This document shows positions 1 through 8,165 of a stretch of DNA of 41,485 nucleotides, piece after piece; the stretch's first letter is position 1, and every line of letters begins with the position of its first letter. The notes beneath the pieces were generated by a model. It was not told the origin of the DNA, did not search any database, and saw only the letters and a program-made list of their open reading frames with translations. The DNA lies in NCBI GenBank assembly GCA_046296715.1, contig JBKBIN010000010.1, forward strand, positions 1 to 41,485. Direction: 5' to 3'. This stretch comes from Candidatus Ratteibacteria bacterium. GTDB taxonomy: Bacteria; Ratteibacteria; UBA8468; B48-G9; JAFGKM01. A program made the position numbers and the translations under genes.

Positions 1-1875
1 AATTGTTATAAATATGTAGAAGATTATTTTGCAAGAATCAATTTAATAATGACCAAAGGAAAAGAAATAAGAGATTTACTTGTAATTCATCCAATTGAGA
101 GTATGTGGGCAATTTATAAAATGCCTAAAATAGAAAAAAATCAGTTTATTCAGCCAGAAGAAATTAAGAAACTTGACGAGAATTTTGCTGAAATTTGTGA
201 TGTATTACTTTCAAACCATATTGACTTTGATTATGGAGATGAAGAAATTCTATCAAGATGGGCAAAAATTGAGGAAAAAGATGGAAAACCAATTTTTAAA
301 GTAAATAAAGGTGAATATAAAGCGATATTGGTTCCTCCTTTGTTGACTATCAGAAGTTCAACATTAAAATTACTTAAAAAATTTAAAGAAAAAGGAGGAG
401 ATATTATTTTTGTAGAAGAAATACCTTCTTATATAGATTGTGAACTTTCAGATAAAATTAAAGAGTTTGCTAAAGAATGCATTGTTGTTTCATCTTTTCA
501 ACAGGCGATAAACCAACTTGAAAAAATCAGAAGAATATCAATAAAAGATGAAAATGGAAATGAAATAAAACAAATTTTATATCTTTTAAGAGAAGACGAT
601 GAAAATTTTTATCTTTTTCTATGCAACACAAGTATGGAATGGGATAGCAAGAATATTGCTAAATACTGTCTTGTTAGAGACAGAAAAATAGAATTCAAAA
701 ATGTCATAATTAAATCCTTCCCCCAATGGAAATATAAACCAATAGAGATTAATCTTGAAAATGGAGAAATTTATTATCCAGAAATAATTAAAGATGAGAA
801 TGGATATATGATAAAAACTGATTTCCCACCCTTAAGCAGCCATTTATATATTATTCCAAAGAAAAACGAATTCAATTTTGAGATAAAGACAAAAAAGAAG
901 TATAAAGAAATAAAAATTAACCAAATTAAAAAAGATGAATGGAAATATATTTTGACAGAAAGCAATGTTCTTGTTCTTGATATGCCATATTTCAAAATTG
1001 ATAATGGAAATTGGCAAGAGAAAAAAGAAATATTAAAAATTGATAGAGAAGTAAGAAAATATTTAGGAATTCCAGCAAGAGGTGGAGCAATGATTCAGCC
1101 ATGGGCAAGAAAAAAGAAAGAAAATCCAAAAAATGTAAGATTAAGTTTAAAATATGAATTTTTAGTTGAAAAATTACCAGAAGGAGAAATCTCAATAGCG
1201 ATTGAAAAACCTGAATTATATGATATATACATAAATAATACTAAGTTGACATCTGATATGAAATCTGGATGGTGGGTTGATAAATCTCTTGAAACAATAA
1301 AATTTGATTCAACTTTATTAAAAATAGGAAAAAATGAAATACTACTTGAAACAGTTTATAATGAAAATCATCCAGGACTTGAAATTATTTATTTACTTGG
1401 AAATTTTGGTGTTAATAAAGAAAAACTTATCATTACTTCTCTTCCACAAAATTTAAAAATTGGTGATTGGACAGAGCAAGGATTACCATTTTACTCTGGT
1501 AATATTGGATATATACTACCATTAGAAAAGATTGAGTTCAAAGAAAATCAAAAAGTATTCTTAAAAATTCCAGAGTTTAGAGGAGTAGGAATAAGAGTTG
1601 TTTGTGAAGGAAATCAAATAGGTTTAATTTCTTGGCCTCCTTATGAAATTGATATAACTGAATACTTGAAAGGAAAAGACAATATTACACTAATTATTGA
1701 AGTTCTTGGACATAGAAGAAATTCACATGGACCATTACATTATTATGAAAAGTGGCCAGTATGGACAGGACCAGGTCAATTTATTTCAGAAGGGAATATG
1801 TGGGTAAATGATTATCAAGTTGTCCCATGTGGTTTAATGGTTTATCCTGAAATAATTATAAAAGAGGAGGAATAA
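1..1875 (+). CDS. Glycoside hydrolase, GH106 (alpha-L-rhamnosidase)-like; C-terminal part, 5' end outside the window
   Basis: Frame 1 is open from base 1 (NCYKYVEDYFARINLIM...), so the ATG at 49 is internal. Motifs DYFAR..., DFDYGDE, Y.AILVPP, GDWTEQGLPFYSG and WPPYEIDIT resemble the C-terminal half of GH106-type glycosidases with a beta-sandwich domain. Confidence 0.55.
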   Translation, partial: NCYKYVEDYFARINLIMTKGKEIRDLLVIHPIESMWAIYKMPKIEKNQFIQPEEIKKLDENFAEICDVLLSNHIDFDYGDEEILSRWAKIEEKDGKPIFKVNKGEYKAILVPPLLTIRSSTLKLLKKFKEKGGDIIFVEEIPSYIDCELSDKIKEFAKECIVVSSFQQAINQLEKIRRISIKDENGNEIKQILYLLREDDENFYLFLCNTSMEWDSKNIAKYCLVRDRKIEFKNVIIKSFPQWKYKPIEINLENGEIYYPEIIKDENGYMIKTDFPPLSSHLYIIPKKNEFNFEIKTKKKYKEIKINQIKKDEWKYILTESNVLVLDMPYFKIDNGNWQEKKEILKIDREVRKYLGIPARGGAMIQPWARKKKENPKNVRLSLKYEFLVEKLPEGEISIAIEKPELYDIYINNTKLTSDMKSGWWVDKSLETIKFDSTLLKIGKNEILLETVYNENHPGLEIIYLLGNFGVNKEKLIITSLPQNLKIGDWTEQGLPFYSGNIGYILPLEKIEFKENQKVFLKIPEFRGVGIRVVCEGNQIGLISWPPYEIDITEYLKGKDNITLIIEVLGHRRNSHGPLHYYEKWPVWTGPGQFISEGNMWVNDYQVVPCGLMVYPEIIIKEEE

Positions 1876-1876
1876 A

Positions 1877-2731
1877 TTGTTTAGAAATATATCGTTTGAA
1901 GCGATAAATATAAAAACTACATTTTTAGAACAATTACGGCTTGCTAAATTGGGAAATTTTGAAGGGATAGATATTTCAATTTTAGATATTTATGAATTTT
2001 CAAAAAATGATAGAGTTGAAAAAATAAAAAATTTAATTGATAGTTTTGACTTAAAAATTGGCGGATGGTGTCTTCCTTTCAGTATTAGTGAAGAAGAAAA
2101 TAAATTTAATCAGGATTTAGAAAAACTTGAACAATATCTAAAAATTGCAAAAAAAATTTCTGCAAATAGAATTTATACATGGATTATCCCTTTTTCTGAT
2201 AACTTACCTTATAAAGAAAATTTTGAGTTTCACTTAAAAAGAGCGGAAAAATTATGTAAACTTATAGAAAAATATAGTTGTAGAATTGGATTTGAATTTA
2301 TAGGAACAAAAAGTGTAAGAGTAAATCATAAATATGAATTTATCTGGAATCTTGAACAGATGCTTGAATTTTTAAAAAAATTGAAAATTGAAAATACTGG
2401 AATCTTACTTGATAGTTGGCACCTTTATGCATCTGAAGGTAAAATTCAAGATATTGAAAAATTAAAAGGAGAAGATATAATCTATGTTCATGTAAATGAT
2501 GCTCCAAATATACCAAAAGACCAACTAATTGATAATGAACGATTTTTACCAGGAGAGACAGGAGTGATAGATTTAATTGGATTATTAAGAGTGCTTAAAG
2601 AAATTAAATATGATGGGCCAGTAACTCCTGAACCATTCAATAAAAGAGTAAATCAACTCCCAAATGAAATAAGTGTAAGATTAGTGGGTGGATATCTTTT
2701 AAAAATTTGGGAAAAAGCATTTTGTCAATAA
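1877..2731 (+). CDS. Sugar phosphate isomerase/epimerase (xylose-isomerase-like TIM barrel, IolE/AP-endonuclease-2 family)
   Basis: TTG start after AGGAGG; metal-binding motifs GFE, LLDSWH, YVHVND, R.LPGE.G.ID, GPVTPE. Confidence 0.85.
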   Translation: MFRNISFEAINIKTTFLEQLRLAKLGNFEGIDISILDIYEFSKNDRVEKIKNLIDSFDLKIGGWCLPFSISEEENKFNQDLEKLEQYLKIAKKISANRIYTWIIPFSDNLPYKENFEFHLKRAEKLCKLIEKYSCRIGFEFIGTKSVRVNHKYEFIWNLEQMLEFLKKLKIENTGILLDSWHLYASEGKIQDIEKLKGEDIIYVHVNDAPNIPKDQLIDNERFLPGETGVIDLIGLLRVLKEIKYDGPVTPEPFNKRVNQLPNEISVRLVGGYLLKIWEKAFCQ

Positions 2732-2732
2732 T

Positions 2733-4349
2733 ATGGGCAGAATATATTTCCCTCAGTTTAAAAATGGTAAAGATGGTGTTGAAATTCATCCTGGTCTTAC
2801 TATTCTTGATTATGCTCAAAAATTAAAAGTAAAGATAAATGCTGAATGTGGTGGAATTGGAAAATGTGGAAAGTGTATTGTAAGGATTGAAAAAGGGGAA
2901 GAAAATTTAAATCAACTTACCTCTGCAGAAAAGAAATTTAATCTTCCTGAAAGATATAGATTAGCATGTCAATCAAGAATTATTAAAGATATTTCAGATA
3001 TTGTTGTTTATATAAAAGAATTTGGAGAATATGAGATTTTAAAATATGGAAAAGAAAGAAAGGTTGAAATATGTCCTTCCTATCAAAGAAAAGGGAATAG
3101 TGTTTATAAAAATGGAAAAGAAGTTGATGTTTATAGAGGCGGAATTTATGGACTTGCAATAGATATTGGAACTACAACAATTGTTCTTGATATTGTAAAT
3201 CTTGAGAATGGTGATATTATAGGAACAATTGCAAAAACTAATCCACAGATTATTTATGGTAATGATGTTATTTCAAGAATTGAATATACTATGATTGACA
3301 AAAAAGAAAAGAGATTTTTGAATGAAAAGGAAAGATATGAAAAACTATTTGAACTACAAAAAGTAGTTATTGATTTAATAAACAAGGAATTAGAAAATTT
3401 TAATAATGAAATATCTGAAAAAATTTATCAGGTTGTTGTTGCTGGTAATTCAACAATGAGAAATATATTTTTACTCATAGATATCTCAACTCTTGGAAAA
3501 ATACCTTATGAACCAAAAAATCCTGAAAGCATTTCAAAAAAACCCGAAGAAATTGGACTTAAAATCAATAAAAATGGAGAAATTTATGCTCTCCCTCTAA
3601 TTGGAGGCCATATCGGTGCTGATATTGTTGCTGATATACTTGCTTCTGAAATTTATAATGAAGAAAAAATATGCATGCTTATAGATATAGGAACAAATGG
3701 AGAAATAGTTATAGGGAATAAAGAAAAACTTATTTCAGCATCTGCTGCTGCTGGAGGTGCTTTTGAAGGAGTAAATATAAGTTGTGGTATTGGTGGAATA
3801 GAAGGAGCAATAAAAGAGGTTAAAATAATAAATGAGAAAGTTTACTATTCTACAATTGGAGACAAATATCCTATTGGAATATGTGGTTCTGGTTTAATTG
3901 ACTTATTAAGTGAGATGTTAAAAAATGAAATTATTGATCAAAAAGCACGACTTAAAAATGGTGTTTTCTATATAACAGGAGATATAAAAATAAATCAACA
4001 GGATATATTTCAACTTATAACTTCAAAAGCAGCAATCAGAACAAGTTGGCAGATCCTTTCAAAAATTTATCCAGTTAATATAAAAAATATTGATAAAATT
4101 TTTATTGCAGGTGGATTTGGAAATTTCATTAATGTTGAAAATGCAATAAGAATAGGTTTAATTCCAGATGTTGAAAAAAGTAAAATTATAAAAATAGGGA
4201 ATGGTTCTTTAGAAGGTGCAAGAGAAGTTCTATTATGTTATGAAAAAAGAAAAATTGTTGAAAAAATTGCTTTAGAAGTAAAACATATAAAAACAAACGA
4301 AATAGAACTTGATTTTAATGACCTTCTTGCAGAAAATATGTACTTTTAA
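2733..4349 (+). CDS. ASKHA-domain [2Fe-2S] protein, RACo/DUF4445 family (reductive activator of corrinoid proteins)
   Basis: N-terminal 2Fe-2S motif CGGIGKCGKC...RLAC; ASKHA motifs AIDIGTTT, NPQ..YG.DVISRI, IDIGTNGEI, AAGGAFEG, GICGSG, AGGFG. Confidence 0.9.
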   Translation: MGRIYFPQFKNGKDGVEIHPGLTILDYAQKLKVKINAECGGIGKCGKCIVRIEKGEENLNQLTSAEKKFNLPERYRLACQSRIIKDISDIVVYIKEFGEYEILKYGKERKVEICPSYQRKGNSVYKNGKEVDVYRGGIYGLAIDIGTTTIVLDIVNLENGDIIGTIAKTNPQIIYGNDVISRIEYTMIDKKEKRFLNEKERYEKLFELQKVVIDLINKELENFNNEISEKIYQVVVAGNSTMRNIFLLIDISTLGKIPYEPKNPESISKKPEEIGLKINKNGEIYALPLIGGHIGADIVADILASEIYNEEKICMLIDIGTNGEIVIGNKEKLISASAAAGGAFEGVNISCGIGGIEGAIKEVKIINEKVYYSTIGDKYPIGICGSGLIDLLSEMLKNEIIDQKARLKNGVFYITGDIKINQQDIFQLITSKAAIRTSWQILSKIYPVNIKNIDKIFIAGGFGNFINVENAIRIGLIPDVEKSKIIKIGNGSLEGAREVLLCYEKRKIVEKIALEVKHIKTNEIELDFNDLLAENMYF

Positions 4350-4350
4350 T

Positions 4351-5424
4351 TTATCTTTTAACCCTTATATTCCCTTCCCATACACTCCAGATTTCCTCTT
4401 CATCAAGTATCTGGGCATAATCAGTTAAGAGAGTTACTACATAGGCACCACAAGCCCATCCAAATTGTATCCATTTTTCTTCATCCCAACCTTTTAAAAT
4501 AGCATATAGAAGTCCACCGACAAAAGCATCTCCTCCTCCAATCCTGTCAAGAACAAAAATTTCTCTTGGTTCAACAATATACCAACGATTTTCAACAGAC
4601 ATTATTGCTCCCCATAGATGTTGTTGTGCACTTATTACTTCTCTTAATGTTGTAGCAAATACAGTTACATTTGGAAATACTTTTTTTGCTCTCTCTATCA
4701 TACCTTTAAAATTATCTATCTGTGCTTTTATATTTTTCCCACCAGGTTCTGGTCCTTCAATCCCAAGGCATAATTGAAAATCCTCCTCATTTCCAACAAG
4801 TATATCTGTAACTTTTGCAATTTCAGTAAAAATTTCCCTTAATTCCTTCTCACGATTTTTCCAGAAAGATGCTCTATAATTTAAATCAAATGAAACTTTC
4901 GTTCCATATTTTTTTGCTACTTTTGCTATTTCAAGACAAAAACTACTTGTTTCTGGAGAGAGTGCTGCAAATAAACCTGACATATGAACTATACAAACTC
5001 CTTCTTCTCCAAATATTTTCTCAAGATTAAAATCTCCTGGTTTTAAAGTTCTTCCAACCTCGCCTGCTCTATCATTCCAAACTCTTGGTGCTCTGACACC
5101 ATACCCTGTATCAGCAATATTGAACTGGTGTCTAAAACCCCAAGGACCTCCTTGAGAAACTTCTTTTGCTTCAACATCCATTCCTCTACTTTTTAAATTC
5201 TCTTTTATAAATTTTGCTATTGGACTACCTTTTACAAATGCAGTTAAAACTTTTACAGAAAGTCCAAGATAAGATGAAACACTTGCAACATTTGATTCTG
5301 CACTTGTTGCCTGCATTATATAAAGGTTACTTGTATGAACTGGTTGCATATTAAAAGGTGTAATTCTAATCCCCATACTTGTAGGAACAAGCAAAGCATA
5401 CTTATAATCTTTTTTTAACTCCAT
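4351..5424 (-). CDS. kdgK: PfkB-family sugar kinase, 2-keto-3-deoxygluconate kinase-like
   Basis: SFDLNYR, GNEED and DRIGGGDAF PfkB signatures; AAGGAGG RBS upstream. The symbol is a subfamily guess. Confidence 0.75.
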   Translation of the reverse strand: MELKKDYKYALLVPTSMGIRITPFNMQPVHTSNLYIMQATSAESNVASVSSYLGLSVKVLTAFVKGSPIAKFIKENLKSRGMDVEAKEVSQGGPWGFRHQFNIADTGYGVRAPRVWNDRAGEVGRTLKPGDFNLEKIFGEEGVCIVHMSGLFAALSPETSSFCLEIAKVAKKYGTKVSFDLNYRASFWKNREKELREIFTEIAKVTDILVGNEEDFQLCLGIEGPEPGGKNIKAQIDNFKGMIERAKKVFPNVTVFATTLREVISAQQHLWGAIMSVENRWYIVEPREIFVLDRIGGGDAFVGGLLYAILKGWDEEKWIQFGWACGAYVVTLLTDYAQILDEEEIWSVWEGNIRVKR

Positions 5425-5482
5425 TTCATCCTCCTTTTTGTTTAAATTTTATCATAAATTTTTATTTTTTAAAGTTAAATTT

Positions 5483-5511
5483 TTGACTTTTAGGTAATAA
5501 ATTTTTAAAAT
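5483..5511 (+). promoter_or_regulatory. Sigma70-type promoter for the permease operon
   Basis: TTGACT (5483-5488), 17 bp spacer, TAAAAT (5506-5511). Confidence 0.6.
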
Positions 5512-5522
5512 TATTAAAAAAA

Positions 5523-5771
5523 GTGGGGGATATGGTAGTATGGTTAATTATTATCTTGATAAATGGTATTCTAATGCTTTTCGGAAGTAAATTTATAATT
5601 GCAAACAACTTGGTAAAACCGATGGGACTTGTAATTTCTCTTATTTGTATCGGACTTGGCTTAAGAGTTTCAATTCTGGGGAAAAGAGGCGAAAAAGAGA
5701 CTCTTAAAAAAAGAATTAAGGAACTTGAAGAAAAATTGGCAGAATTTGAAAAAAAACCAGAAAAACAATAA
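5523..5771 (+). CDS. Small hypothetical membrane protein (2 TM plus charged coiled-coil tail)
   Basis: Two hydrophobic segments followed by EKETLKKRIKELEEKLAEFE; the true start may be ATG 5532. Confidence 0.7.
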   Translation: MGDMVVWLIIILINGILMLFGSKFIIANNLVKPMGLVISLICIGLGLRVSILGKRGEKETLKKRIKELEEKLAEFEKKPEKQ

Positions 5772-5799
5772 AATATACGAAAAACTTGGATAAGATAAT

Positions 5800-6795
5800 A
5801 TGAAAAACTTAGATAAAGAAAAGAATTTAAAAAAAATATTAATTTTTTTAGGAGTTTTAATTATTTTATTTATCCTAAACATATGGCAGTCAGGTTCTTT
5901 TTATCAAATAAATCAGGTAATTAAAAATCCAAAAATACAAGCATTTACAATAATTTTACTTGCGATTTTAATTGAAGGTTTCCCATTTATTTTAATTGGT
6001 TCACTAATTTCTGGATCTATAGAGGTTTTAATACCCGAAGAAAAATTTAAAAAAATTTTCCCTCAAGATAAATTTTCTTCAGCAATAATTGGTTCATTTT
6101 TTGGTTTTTTATTCCCTGTTTGTTCCTGCGGAGAAATTCCTGTTTCAAGAAGATTAATAAAAAAAGGTATACCAGTTTCTGGTGGTATTTCTTATTTACT
6201 TGCAACAGCGATAATTAATCCAATTACTCTATTTTCAACTTATCTTGCCTTTTCATCTTTAAAAATGGTTTTCAGCAGATTTCTTGTTGCTTTTATATGT
6301 AGTGTATTTGTTGGAATTTTAATTGCTCCAAAAGATAAAGATGAAGTTTTAAAAGAATATGAGGAAAAAAAAGACAACCATACTGAAAATTTTCCTAAAA
6401 TTGATGAAATTTTCTTCCATTCTGGAAATGATTTTTTAATAATGGGAAAATATTTAATTATTGGAGCAACTCTTGCTTCATTATTTTCAACTTTTATACC
6501 GAGAGAAGTTTTTCTGGCAATAAGTAGAAATAAAATTTTATCAATTTTATCAATGCAAATTCTTTCAATAATTTTATCTCTATGTTCTTATGCAGATGCA
6601 TTTGTTGCAAATACATTTACTTATTTACCTGATATGTCTAAAGTTATATTTATGATATCAGGTCCTATGATGAGTATTTCTTTAATATTTGTTTATTTTG
6701 CTGTATTTAAAGAAAAATTTGTTAAAAAACTCCTTATTAGCGTATTTTTAACTCTTTTTATACTTGGAATTATTGGAAGTCTTATAAAGGGGTGA
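5800..6795 (+). CDS. DUF318/ArsP-type (YcgR-like) permease
   Basis: EGFPFILIG, FPVCSCGEIPV.RRL..KG, INP, LSLCSYADAFVA, GPM motifs; multiple TM helices. Confidence 0.85.
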   Translation: MKNLDKEKNLKKILIFLGVLIILFILNIWQSGSFYQINQVIKNPKIQAFTIILLAILIEGFPFILIGSLISGSIEVLIPEEKFKKIFPQDKFSSAIIGSFFGFLFPVCSCGEIPVSRRLIKKGIPVSGGISYLLATAIINPITLFSTYLAFSSLKMVFSRFLVAFICSVFVGILIAPKDKDEVLKEYEEKKDNHTENFPKIDEIFFHSGNDFLIMGKYLIIGATLASLFSTFIPREVFLAISRNKILSILSMQILSIILSLCSYADAFVANTFTYLPDMSKVIFMISGPMMSISLIFVYFAVFKEKFVKKLLISVFLTLFILGIIGSLIKG

Positions 6796-6799
6796 AATT

Positions 6800-7543
6800 A
6801 TGAAATTTTTAAAAAATAAGTATTTTTACCAAGTTATGATAATTGCTCTTTATGTATTATTTTTCCTCTCAATCTCTTTTACAGGAAATTTTAAAATATT
6901 TGTAAAAAAATTTTACTTCCCATACATCATAATAGGTATCTTAATTTTATTATTTCTCTTAAAAACCGAAGTGAAAAAATTTAAAAAATTTAATGAAACT
7001 TCTGTTTATGATATATTATCCTTCTGTATATTTTTGTTTCCTTTAATTTTATTTATTATCGTCAGACCAACTACTCTACCAACTTATACTGCATTAAAAA
7101 GAGGAGTACAGACAGAATTTTTAACTCAAGATGTTTTAAAATCCTTACAAGAAAAAATAGAAATTGAAGGAAAATATAGAAAATTAACAATTAAACAACT
7201 CCTTGGACTTTCAAAATCAAAACCAGAACAGATAAATGAAAGAGATGTTGCAGTTGAGGGTATGGTTTATAAAGAAAACGGGAAATTTATGTTGATTAGA
7301 TTTTTAATAACTTGTTGTGCTGCTGATGCTACCCCATTAGGAGTTGAGATTGAATATAAACAATCTCAGAAAAAAACAACTGAAGAAGTTCCATTAGAAA
7401 TGATAGAAGAAAAAGACCAAGAATTTAAAAATGATGAATGGGTGAAGGTAAAAGGAAAAGTGAGGATAGAAAATAGTAAAGTAAAAATAATTGCAGAAGA
7501 AATAATAAAAGTTGAACCACCAACAGACCCTTATTTATATTAA
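6800..7543 (+). CDS. TIGR03943/DUF1980 (YcgQ-like) putative permease subunit
   Basis: N-terminal TM helices; RFLITCCAADA, DEWVKVKG and terminal DPYLY motifs; directly follows the DUF318 permease. Confidence 0.85.
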   Translation: MKFLKNKYFYQVMIIALYVLFFLSISFTGNFKIFVKKFYFPYIIIGILILLFLLKTEVKKFKKFNETSVYDILSFCIFLFPLILFIIVRPTTLPTYTALKRGVQTEFLTQDVLKSLQEKIEIEGKYRKLTIKQLLGLSKSKPEQINERDVAVEGMVYKENGKFMLIRFLITCCAADATPLGVEIEYKQSQKKTTEEVPLEMIEEKDQEFKNDEWVKVKGKVRIENSKVKIIAEEIIKVEPPTDPYLY

Positions 7544-7552
7544 CCTTTACAT

Positions 7553-7580
7553 TTGAAAAATTTTTAATTTATAGTATAAT
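7553..7580 (+). promoter_or_regulatory. Sigma70-type promoter for the putative sRNA
   Basis: TTGAAA (7553-7558), 16 bp spacer, TATAAT (7575-7580). Confidence 0.55.
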
Positions 7581-7585
7581 ATCTC

Positions 7586-7647
7586 AACACCTCCCTTCAC
7601 CCCCCTTTACCTCTCCTGTCTTCCCCGCAGGAGAGGTTTTTTATTTT
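7586..7647 (+). ncRNA. Putative ~60-nt C-rich small RNA
   Basis: GC-rich island in AT-rich DNA with its own promoter and terminator, no ORF, and anti-Shine-Dalgarno-like tracts CACCTCCCTT and TCACCCCCCTTT. The 5' end is estimated from the promoter spacing. Confidence 0.5.
7609..7647 (+). terminator. Intrinsic terminator
   Basis: Perfect 10-bp stem ACCTCTCCTG (7609-7618) / CAGGAGAGGT (7628-7637), 9-nt loop TCTTCCCCG, then a T-tract. Confidence 0.85.
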
Positions 7648-7665
7648 ACATTTTTCTGTAATCTA

Positions 7666-7694
7666 TTGACTTAAGTTTTATACAAAATTATAAT
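7666..7694 (+). promoter_or_regulatory. Sigma70 promoter of the Fur-family gene
   Basis: TTGACT (7666-7671), 17 bp spacer, TATAAT (7689-7694). Confidence 0.8.
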
Positions 7695-7695
7695 C

Positions 7696-7720
7696 TTAAA
7701 TGAAAATGATTTTCATTTAA
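7696..7720. promoter_or_regulatory. Fur-family operator (perfect 12-1-12 inverted repeat)
   Basis: TTAAATGAAAAT-G-ATTTTCATTTAA. The core TGAAAATnATTTTCA fits the 7-1-7 Fur-box pattern TGATAATnATTATCA and covers the predicted +1. Confidence 0.75.
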
Positions 7721-7721
7721 A

Positions 7722-8165
7722 ATGAAAAAATATAAAAAAATATTGAAAAAAAACAAATTGAAAATAACACCTAAAAGGATTGCTATAATTAGATATTTTT
7801 TGAAAAACAATAAATATTTTACTCCTTATGAAATATGGGATTATATGAAAAAAAAGTTTAAAAAAATAGGACTCCCTTCTATTTATAGAAATCTTGAGCA
7901 ATTTGAAAAAATAGGTATTTTAACCAAAGTTGAAGGAGAAGAGAATAGATTTTATTATGGAATTTGCAAGGCAATAAATAAAAAACACCATCATCATATT
8001 GTTTGTACTACGTGCCATAGAATAAGTGATTTTGAAATATGTAATTTTGAAAAATTAAAAGAACAAATAGAAAAAATAACTGACTTTGAAATTAAAGAAC
8101 ATCAATTTTTTTTGAAAGGAATATGTGGAAATTGTAAAAAAGGAGGCATAAATGAAAAAGTTTAA
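7722..8165 (+). CDS. Fur-family transcriptional regulator (Fur/Zur)
   Basis: KITPKR, IGLPSIYRNL, HHHHIVCTTC and GICGNC motifs. Confidence 0.93.
   Translation: MKKYKKILKKNKLKITPKRIAIIRYFLKNNKYFTPYEIWDYMKKKFKKIGLPSIYRNLEQFEKIGILTKVEGEENRFYYGICKAINKKHHHHIVCTTCHRISDFEICNFEKLKEQIEKITDFEIKEHQFFLKGICGNCKKGGINEKV

Noticed and set aside
5495..5516. Imperfect palindrome TAATAAATTTTTAAAATTATTA over the permease operon -10 box
   Set aside because: Pure A/T, likely by chance at this composition, and a poor match to the 7696-7720 operator.
7700..7720. Mini-ORF MKMIFI* at the predicted +1, just before the Fur-family ATG
   Set aside because: Fully explained by the operator palindrome sequence. It could in principle couple translation, but nothing supports that.
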